DNA from: Escherichia coli
GTDB lineage: Bacteria; Pseudomonadota; Gammaproteobacteria; Enterobacterales; Enterobacteriaceae
Reading direction: 5' to 3' (one strand)
DNA: 64,000 bases
Assembly: GCF_044324875.1 (NCBI RefSeq)
Contig: NZ_CP172188.1
Positions within the stretch are counted from its first letter, which is position 1. Each line of letters starts with the position of its first letter. The notes beneath the pieces were generated by a model, which worked only from the letters and a program-made list of their open reading frames with translations, did no database searches and was not told where the DNA came from. The translations under genes were made by a program, and so were the position numbers. Of this stretch, positions 57,534 through 64,000 are shown one piece after another.

Positions 57534-58167
57534 TTAATAACTCCTTAACCAACATCTGGATTTCACCTTTAGCTTTCCCGTTGTCCATCTCAACAACGCC
57601 CTTCCCTTCAGCCATGCAATCGCGGTAAACCTTACGATCACGAATGATGGTTTTCAGCAACTTCAGTTGCGGATATTCAGCCAGGTACTCTTTGGCCTCA
57701 TTGGTTTCATTCACAACCGGATTGGATGGGGCCATTGTTAAGACTGCGAACGCCTTAATGCTAGGATTAGGCATCAGGTCCAAAGCCTCTTCAAACACTT
57801 CAACAAAGTGTGCCAGCGTGTCTAAATCTGGTTGAGATGGTCTGAATGGGACCAACACAATATCTGCAGCGGTTATGCCTGTACGCATCTCTTTGCTATC
57901 GCGCCCGGCTGTATCAACAACTACAAATTCATAACGCTTATCCAGATCGAGAAGTGTTTCTCGAATATTACCAAACTTCTGGACACAATGAATTACAGGA
58001 GAAACCTCTGCCGTGTTACGGTCAGCGGCCCAGCGGGCAGCTGTTCCTTGCTTGTCTGCATCTAGTAACACTACATCCTTATTTTCGCGGGCAAGCTCCG
58101 CACAGATGTTTACGCTTGTGGTTGATTTTCCACAGCCACCTTTTTGGCTGACTACCAATATAATCAT
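57526..58167 (-). CDS. ParA/ParF-family partition ATPase
   Basis: 213 aa; deviant Walker A VVSQKGGCGKST and motif LLDADKQG. Confidence 0.8.
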   Translation of the reverse strand: MIILVVSQKGGCGKSTTSVNICAELARENKDVVLLDADKQGTAARWAADRNTAEVSPVIHCVQKFGNIRETLLDLDKRYEFVVVDTAGRDSKEMRTGITAADIVLVPFRPSQPDLDTLAHFVEVFEEALDLMPNPSIKAFAVLTMAPSNPVVNETNEAKEYLAEYPQLKLLKTIIRDRKVYRDCMAEGKGVVEMDNGKAKGEIQMLVKELLSD

Positions 58168-58189
58168 ATCCGTTCCTCGGTGTTATTTT

Positions 58190-58406
58190 GGTATCAAACT
58201 GGTTCCAAACAGAAGCCTTATTGATGCGGTTTTGGCTCTATAGTGGAGTCATTATGCTTTGCAAAAGTATAACACTAATCATTCTAAATTTGCCCTCTGT
58301 TGCATCCTGTTTAACACGAAATCAGCACTAAATTGGAACCAGATACAAAGCAGCACCATAACAACACCGTTTTGGTACTAAAAGAGCACCAAACTAGAAC
58401 CATAAC
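58190..58406. repeat. repeat-rich putative centromere/operator region of the ParF/ParG module
   Basis: CAAACTGGTTCCAAAC, TAAATTGGAACCAGATAC, AAACTAGAACCATAAC and related copies. Confidence 0.45.
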
Positions 58407-58452
58407 GGTATAAAAAAGGCTGCAAATTGCAGCCTTTGAAGATGTAGATTGG

Positions 58453-58824
58453 TTAATCAGGGAGTGAGTTTGCCAAATTCTGAGCAGAGCGGCTTTTCGG
58501 AACGCCTGGTTTTTTTACATCCTCTGAGACAGAGGTTTTTCCTTCAGTAGGTTCCCGAACTTCATGCGAAATTTCAAGAAACGAAACCAGCATTTTTCTG
58601 ATCACTTCAGAGCTATTATCACCGGATAAAAGCGATGCCAACATGGGAGGTAATCTGCTATCAACCTCGCCAAGAGCGATACCTGCAAGCATCGCAGTGC
58701 GCACCATATCATTGCGATCACTTAATGGATGGGCCTCAATTTTTGCCACAGCATATTGCTCACTGGCGTAAGCGTTAAGATCTGAACGAAGATAAAACAT
58801 TATTTTTCGACGTTCTTTAGACAT
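58453..58824 (-). CDS. parR: ParR-like centromere-binding protein
   Basis: 123 aa immediately downstream of parM; hairpin terminator follows at 58410..58436. Confidence 0.5.
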   Translation of the reverse strand: MSKERRKIMFYLRSDLNAYASEQYAVAKIEAHPLSDRNDMVRTAMLAGIALGEVDSRLPPMLASLLSGDNSSEVIRKMLVSFLEISHEVREPTEGKTSVSEDVKKPGVPKSRSAQNLANSLPD

Positions 58825-58834
58825 GGCAACCTCA

Positions 58835-59794
58835 TCAACCGATAGATTTTAGACCATATACAAGAGCAAGTTGTGGATCATCAGCAACGAAAAACCTATC
58901 GTCACGAATGTTTACCTGCTCACGGATAGCATCAGCAACAAGCGGCGCGCCGCCACCAATTACCATAACATGTGTGTATCCTTTGAAATCACTGATCACA
59001 TCCAGTACGCGTGTACGGAGTCGCTCTATGCTTGACGAAATGGCTTTCTTAACATCATCAATAGCAGACGGATCGTTAATATTGTCGGTCAGATAATCCT
59101 CATCATCTCGATTAATGATTAATTGATCGACGTTATAATTAGAGGTTTCGGTATTAGCTTTTGCAAGTGCCTGTCTGACCTCTTTAGTTACCAGCGAAAC
59201 GCCGAGATTAGAATCGCCAAATACGCGAGAAACGGCGGTCATTTGCCCGGCAACCATCGACACATCCAGAGTAGTCCCGCCAAGATCAACAATAAGCACA
59301 GAATGCGCTGGCACAAGGCTGTCGCACAGACCGATCCCTGCGGGTATTGACTCCGGGCGCACAGTCACTTTTTTGATAGTAAAAACCTGACCTTTGTTAA
59401 GGGTGACTGGTCGCATCAGGCTGGCCTTTTTCCGCTCAATATTTTTCATGTTGTATTGTGCGTCGTCGTCATAAAACTCTGCCAGTGGCAACGTGACTAC
59501 TATTTCCACTTCTTGAGGCTCAATGCCACTTGTAAGCAGGGCATGATGAACAGCAAGCACATTAAGCGGGCTGTATTGCCATTCAACGTTATTCGTTGGC
59601 AGAGCATCCGGCGAGATCAAGTCATATGAATATTTTTCGTCATCAATGATGTAGTTAAACGTTTTTCCTGCGCCAAATGTGGCGGACCATCCACGTTTAA
59701 AACTGTTCGGGCAGATATGGGTTCGAGTTTCCCCGTCTTGTTCCCACAGCATTTTGATATTGGTAGAACCATCGTCGATAAAAATGCGCATCAT
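58835..59794 (-). CDS. parM: ParM/StbA actin-like segregation ATPase
   Basis: Start MMRIFIDDGSTNIK (GGAG RBS); blocks SPNSF, VHHALLTSG, IVDLGGTTLDVS, GDSNLGVSLVT, YTHVMVIGGGA match R1 StbA as recalled. Confidence 0.85.
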   Translation of the reverse strand: MMRIFIDDGSTNIKMLWEQDGETRTHICPNSFKRGWSATFGAGKTFNYIIDDEKYSYDLISPDALPTNNVEWQYSPLNVLAVHHALLTSGIEPQEVEIVVTLPLAEFYDDDAQYNMKNIERKKASLMRPVTLNKGQVFTIKKVTVRPESIPAGIGLCDSLVPAHSVLIVDLGGTTLDVSMVAGQMTAVSRVFGDSNLGVSLVTKEVRQALAKANTETSNYNVDQLIINRDDEDYLTDNINDPSAIDDVKKAISSSIERLRTRVLDVISDFKGYTHVMVIGGGAPLVADAIREQVNIRDDRFFVADDPQLALVYGLKSIG

Positions 59795-59890
59795 ATTGCT
59801 CCACTTCTGAGACACATTTGAGAAAGAATTGAATCTTATATGAGAAAACAAAATAAAACCAGAAGTTGAGAGAGCAAAAAGCACCAGATT

Positions 59891-59956
59891 TGAGACAAAC
59901 CAGAGACAAACCAGAGACAAACTAGAGACACACTAGAGACAAGTATGAGAAACAAG
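59891..59956. repeat. parC-like centromere: five to six tandem 11-bp iterons
   Basis: TGAGACAAACC AGAGACAAACC AGAGACAAACT AGAGACACACT AGAGACAAGTA upstream of parM. Confidence 0.65.
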
Positions 59957-60013
59957 AAATCTTAAGAGTGAAAATCACAAAGTGGAGAAGATTTAAGAAA
60001 AAGGAGGTGTTAG

Positions 60014-60298
60014 ATGAGTGCAATAGCGACCTGTGACACAGTTTGTTCCGGTCATGGAGGATTCCCTCCGCGACCTGTAGCAGAAACAGTTTCCTGGTTT
60101 ACCGTAAATGGAAAGCCAGTTGTTGTAGATGGTGCCATGTTTCCCAGTCACACTGACGGTAACAGTGCACATCCAGGGGCAGCTGTATCGACGCGAGTAT
60201 GGTTTTCGATAGGTGGAAAGGGAGTTGTCTGTGTAGGCGATCCGCTTTCTTGTGGTTCTGTTATCGCCAACGGCGAGGATATTTTTCAGGTTGCATAA
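60014..60298 (+). CDS. PAAR-like spike-tip protein
   Basis: 94 aa, Cys/Gly-rich with HPGAAV and repeated G-x-V segments; my reading of the printed sequence around 60013-60061 differs from the ORF track by one base, track coordinates used. Confidence 0.45.
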   Translation: MSAIATCDTVCSGHGGFPPRPVAETVSWFTVNGKPVVVDGAMFPSHTDGNSAHPGAAVSTRVWFSIGGKGVVCVGDPLSCGSVIANGEDIFQVA

Positions 60299-61104
60299 TG
60301 CTTGATTCAATAGGTGAAGTTAAAGCCTTCAAAATTCTGTCAGATGCCGGTATCTCTACACCAGAATCTATAACCATAAGCCGGGCAGCTTCTGTAAAAG
60401 CCTCATCGCTCGCCAGCGCCATACAGGGAATAGTTCACGCCGATAAAACCTATCCTGATTCTGTTTCGGCCTGGACTACTCAATTGCTTGGCTTTTCTGA
60501 ACAGCTCAATGAGGCCAGCAAAGCGTCTTCATCACTGGCTGATTCTCTTTCCCCATACACCAAGCCATCAGAGCTGTTACAGATGAAGATTGGCTGGGAA
60601 TGCTACGCAAAAGGTAACGAGCTGACCCCCATACCTGCTTTCGCCCTTGTTGAGGGAATGGGGAATGTTTCCATTCCGCAATCTCTAACGGACGCATTGA
60701 CGGCGCTAAAACTTGATGCTCTGAAAACCGCCATGAACGCCATTAACGCAAAAATTGAAGCTGCCGGAAGTGCTGGTGGTGGTGAAAGCAATGGTGGACA
60801 GGGTGGTGCTGGGGGCGCTCAGGCTCCAGTCATTACTCAGGATGAAATTGATGCTTTACGGGAAGCAGTGACAGCCGCCGAAGTTTTACTCTCCGAAATT
60901 AACTCAGCAAGTGAGGGTGTCGTAGCCCTTACAGGTCGCATTAAAACGTCAACCACTCAGGCAACCAAAGGTTTAGAGAACGCTGTCGCCATCACGTTAA
61001 CTGGTTCTCTACTGGATGATGCAGTAATGAGTCCGGCAATCAGTTTAATCATGCCACAAGGCGTTATTGATGCGCTCCAAAAGAACACCAAAAAGGAACC
61101 ATAG
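60298..61104 (+). CDS. hypothetical protein (start at MLDSIGE, TAATG overlap with PAAR-like gene)
   Basis: ORF 60199..61104; Gly-rich linker GSAGGGESNGGQGGAGGAQAP. Confidence 0.45.
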   Translation: MLDSIGEVKAFKILSDAGISTPESITISRAASVKASSLASAIQGIVHADKTYPDSVSAWTTQLLGFSEQLNEASKASSSLADSLSPYTKPSELLQMKIGWECYAKGNELTPIPAFALVEGMGNVSIPQSLTDALTALKLDALKTAMNAINAKIEAAGSAGGGESNGGQGGAGGAQAPVITQDEIDALREAVTAAEVLLSEINSASEGVVALTGRIKTSTTQATKGLENAVAITLTGSLLDDAVMSPAISLIMPQGVIDALQKNTKKEP

Positions 61105-61159
61105 AAACACCACTTAGGCACACAAAAGGATGTATATTGGTACATGTTTAACACCAAAA

Positions 61160-61633
61160 ATGAACCTGAAGAGGATGGTTTTGAAAAAGATAATTTTGAT
61201 TGTAATTGCGCTTTTAGCCATTTCTGGAATTTACCGAACAACGACGGCAGTTATCGAACACATCAGGTATGTCCGATCGCTTGAAGACTCAAAATCACAA
61301 CTGGAAAGCACGAACAACACGCTTTCTACCGCATTACAGTTAAGTGAGAACGCTCGCTCAGCCATGCTGACCGAAAACGAAAGAATTAAAGCACTGGAAA
61401 AGGAGTACCAGCGCAAAACAGCAGAACTGAATGCCAACCTAATCAAACAACGAGAGGAAAGCCAGAATGAAATCACTCGCCTTGAAAATGCGTTGCGCCG
61501 TGCTGGGATTAACGATGTGCGTGTGCCTGATGACGTTATCAGGATGCAGCGGGAACGGGCAAAAGCCATCAACCAGCGTGCCAGTGAAAATTACCGTAGA
61601 AGCCACCAGCAAGCCGCAGGCAAATCTGATTGA
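61160..61633 (+). CDS. i-spanin (Rz-like): N-terminal TM anchor + periplasmic coiled-coil
   Basis: ORF 61130..61633; KKIILIVIALLAISGIY then coiled-coil. Confidence 0.6.
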   Translation: MNLKRMVLKKIILIVIALLAISGIYRTTTAVIEHIRYVRSLEDSKSQLESTNNTLSTALQLSENARSAMLTENERIKALEKEYQRKTAELNANLIKQREESQNEITRLENALRRAGINDVRVPDDVIRMQRERAKAINQRASENYRRSHQQAAGKSD

Positions 61634-61793
61634 TTACTCCCCTTGTTTAGTGCCAGAGGACACGCCAGTGCTGTTAAACAAGTATCCGACATACGCTGAA
61701 CAGTTATTCAGCACGATCGACGAATGCAACCAACGAAACGCACTGAATAACCAAAGAAACAGGGAGATTTGGGAAGGGAAGGGGCGGCAGTGA
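61467..61793 (+). CDS. o-spanin (Rz1-like lipoprotein), overlapping the i-spanin in the +1 frame
   Basis: Lipobox LTMCVCLMTLSGCSG; starts inside the i-spanin gene and extends past its stop. Confidence 0.6.
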   Translation: MKSLALKMRCAVLGLTMCVCLMTLSGCSGNGQKPSTSVPVKITVEATSKPQANLIDYSPCLVPEDTPVLLNKYPTYAEQLFSTIDECNQRNALNNQRNREIWEGKGRQ

Positions 61794-61820
61794 GCTTCAC
61801 AAAATCTATATAGCTATTTT

Positions 61821-61838
61821 ATGTTAGAAAAATAATTT
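61821..61838 (+). promoter_or_regulatory. operator-like motif copy (ATGTTAGAAAAATAATTT), candidate control site of immunity module B
   Basis: Consensus copy ~100 nt upstream of the c4-like leader. Confidence 0.5.
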
Positions 61839-61899
61839 GAATTTTCGAACATAAACAATAAAATAAATCATCAAAAATTTGATGTTGATCTTCCATGTT

Positions 61900-62160
61900 T
61901 TCAGGCTTATATTCACGCCGTTGCAGCAAATTCTGCGACCGGGTTTAGCAGCCTGAATGTACATGCGGACAACCGCAGATATCCGATATTGCGGTATTTT
62001 TGTGTCCGTAAAACCATGTTACGCCCGAATTATGGTGGGGCGTGATGGGGAGGCTTCGGCCTGCTGGTTTCATGTACGCCAGTCTGCTAACCCCGTCACG
62101 TCCTGCCACCCGTTTAGCAGCGGGTAGCAGGTTGTTAAACCTGTACATGAGGCCGTAACT
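61900..62160 (+). ncRNA. candidate c4-like antisense RNA locus of immunity module B
   Basis: Paired elements a=TTTAGCAG and b=GTACATG occur at 61945/61958 and again at 62112/62141; complements (CATGTAC at 62066, CTGCTAA at 62085) lie between in reversed order. Confidence 0.35.
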
Positions 62161-62385
62161 ATGGTTAATGCCAATCCTTGCTCACGTCCAGAATTCATCT
62201 GGCGTTTTCACTCCCTGCAAAAACACTGCGATCACTTCGCAATTGCCGCAACTGAAAAAGAAGCCCGTTCTCTGATCCCTGATCAGTATGGTGTTCTTAC
62301 TGGTCGTTTCTCTACTTCCCCACAACCAAACACTAATCCCTGGTATCGCAATATTACCAATCCCGGAATTGCGGAGGCACACTGA
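62161..62385 (+). CDS. Icd-like small protein (module B)
   Basis: 74 aa; paralog of 38432..38647; stop overlaps ant start (TGATG). Confidence 0.5.
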   Translation: MVNANPCSRPEFIWRFHSLQKHCDHFAIAATEKEARSLIPDQYGVLTGRFSTSPQPNTNPWYRNITNPGIAEAH

Positions 62386-63305
62386 TGGATATCTGCATTC
62401 TTGAAAAGCCATCAATGACCAGCATTGAGATCGCGGAGCTGGTGGGAAGTCGTCCAGATAACGTAAAAATATCAATAGAGCGCCTGGCTAAATCTGGAGT
62501 TATTCAACTTCCTGCATTGCAGGTTTTCGAAAAAATCAATAACTTAGGACTACGCCGTAGTGTCGAGGCTTACGTCTTCGAAGGCGAGCAAGGCAAACGA
62601 GACAGCATTATTGTCGTTGCGCAGCTCTCTCCCGAATTCACCGCCCGGCTGGTGGACCGCTGGCGCGAACTGGAAGAACAAGTACGCCAGCCGTTGACCG
62701 AAATAGAGATGATCGCCGCAATGGCTGCAAATGCAGTTCAGCAGCAAAAGCGGCTTCATGTTGTTGAGTCAAAGGTTAGCCAGGTTGCTGAAACCGTCGA
62801 GCAGATCAAGAAGGGCAACATGCCAGAAGGTTACATTGGCTACCGCCAGCTGGCGGCGAAATGTGGCCTGACTGAAGCCAAATGTCGCAACCTGGTTAAC
62901 GCTTTCCGGATTCCCACCGATACGCATGAGTTTTTAACTCCAGATGGTTTGCTTGCGCGACGCTCCATTGTGGCCCTGGCCCCCTTCCGGAAAGCCTTTA
63001 AGCAGGTGATGTCGGAGGCAGAACCACGCAACAAACGCTGGTATCATCCGAAGATGGGGCTGTTTCAGGCAATCCATCATCCTGTGCCTGAAAGCCCAAA
63101 GGATAATCTGTCACTACATACCGTCAGAGAGAAGATCAGGACTGGATACGCAACAGTGTGTCGTCGTTCTTCCTGGCCTGAAGGTATATGGGTGTGGCCC
63201 GAAGGTGGATCACGAAAGCACTGGCGCACTATCCGGGACGGGAAAATCCATGCTATTGATTTAGCGCCAGAGGATATTGTTGCTACGGACTGGATTGTTA
63301 GTTAA
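62385..63305 (+). CDS. antirepressor-like protein: Rha-family N-terminal domain fused to DUF2829/Tad2-like domain (module B)
   Basis: 306 aa; N-terminal 60 aa and middle linker differ from module A, C-terminal 200 aa nearly identical. Confidence 0.65.
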   Translation: MDICILEKPSMTSIEIAELVGSRPDNVKISIERLAKSGVIQLPALQVFEKINNLGLRRSVEAYVFEGEQGKRDSIIVVAQLSPEFTARLVDRWRELEEQVRQPLTEIEMIAAMAANAVQQQKRLHVVESKVSQVAETVEQIKKGNMPEGYIGYRQLAAKCGLTEAKCRNLVNAFRIPTDTHEFLTPDGLLARRSIVALAPFRKAFKQVMSEAEPRNKRWYHPKMGLFQAIHHPVPESPKDNLSLHTVREKIRTGYATVCRRSSWPEGIWVWPEGGSRKHWRTIRDGKIHAIDLAPEDIVATDWIVS

Positions 63306-63313
63306 TTACTGTT

Positions 63314-63336
63314 GCCCCGGCCTGTCCGGGGCTTTC
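63314..63336. terminator. terminator hairpin
   Basis: GCCCCGGCCTGTCCGGGGCTTTCG. Confidence 0.55.
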
Positions 63337-63340
63337 GTGA

Positions 63341-63745
63341 CTAAAAATCTGTTCGCTGTCGCCATGCGTTTTTTAACTCAGGAATATCCGCCATTTCAAT
63401 TAACTTGCGAAGTCCAGCACTGACTTTCCCATTGCCAACCATAGCAAGCCAATCTCTTACAGCTTTCGGCATGTAGAGCGTTGCAGTTACCGGCTCTTCA
63501 ACCCTGGCAGGACATCCGCATACAGGCCATTTAATTGATTCCATAACTTCGGATGCCGGGGTGAGGGCGGGGACATTGAGTATATCTCTACCAGAAAACT
63601 GGATAACGATCCGTTCAGCGAGCGAGAGTATCTCACTTTCGGCAAGAATTGATGCCAACTGCGCCTCAACAAGAAAGCGACTTGTTGTGTTCAGAGAGTG
63701 GCTCTTAGCGCCATTTTTATACGAAACAAAGATTCGATACGCCAT
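63341..63745 (-). CDS. hypothetical protein
   Basis: 134-aa ORF; operator-like motif just upstream of its start. Confidence 0.45.
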   Translation of the reverse strand: MAYRIFVSYKNGAKSHSLNTTSRFLVEAQLASILAESEILSLAERIVIQFSGRDILNVPALTPASEVMESIKWPVCGCPARVEEPVTATLYMPKAVRDWLAMVGNGKVSAGLRKLIEMADIPELKNAWRQRTDF

Positions 63746-63758
63746 AACTCTAATGATT

Positions 63759-63778
63759 TGTGTTAGAAAACTAAAATT
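63759..63778 (+). promoter_or_regulatory. operator-like motif copy (TGTGTTAGAAAACTAAAATT)
   Basis: 14 nt upstream of the 63341..63745 start. Confidence 0.5.
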
Positions 63779-64000
63779 AAATCACATAACAACATGTGTG
63801 TTAATAGATTTTATTTTACTAAACCTATTGACTAAATCACAAAGTAGGTATTGTTAGCCCGTCAAAAGAACCTTCACGCCGCGCCCGAATTTAGGGCTTA
63901 ACCGTGAATAAAAACATTCAGCCAGCTCGTGATCGCGAGCGCGAGATTATGAATCGGGCGGCAAGCGTCATGGCTATGACCGTCGATCCGACCACCGATG

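Overview
This window reads as a segment of a P1-family phage-plasmid (plasmid prophage) from an Enterobacteriaceae host, not a chromosomal region. Working by eye from the sequence and ORF track, I recognise a P1-like backbone: a giant DarB-like methyltransferase-helicase (1098..8012), terminase small and large subunits (15556..18428) followed by a divergent candidate C1-like repressor, a lox-like site and a Cre-family recombinase (19692..20905), phd-doc, humD with a LexA box, hot, ref, two complete icd-ant immunity modules plus a remnant at the window start, a tRNA cluster (Arg-UCU, Thr-UGU, Ile2/Met-CAU), baseplate, PAAR and spanin genes, rdgC and dam. Plasmid functions include ParM/ParR with 11-bp iterons, a ParF/ParG-like pair and two higBA modules. 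Cargo includes a lambdoid-like accessory block (ea22-like paralogs, Ser/Thr phosphatase), an IS200/IS605 element (tnpA/tnpB), an IS21-family element (istA/istB), AT-rich islands, and a full glnS gene. The most notable observations are: a roughly 17-bp operator-like motif ((A/T)TGTTAGAAAA(C/T)TAA(T/A)TT) recurring at about 14 intergenic sites; a terminase-large-subunit paralog with degenerate Walker motifs and no nuclease domain; six copies of a DUF2829/Tad2-like domain, three fused to Rha-type antirepressors; a divergent Cre/lox pair; a stand-alone ClpX zinc-binding-domain homolog; and a 2.8-kb structured non-coding region around the tRNAs. All calls rest on motifs and recalled homology, not on database searches. 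Hand-derived coordinates (tRNAs, operators, lox, terminators) may be off by 1-2 nt.
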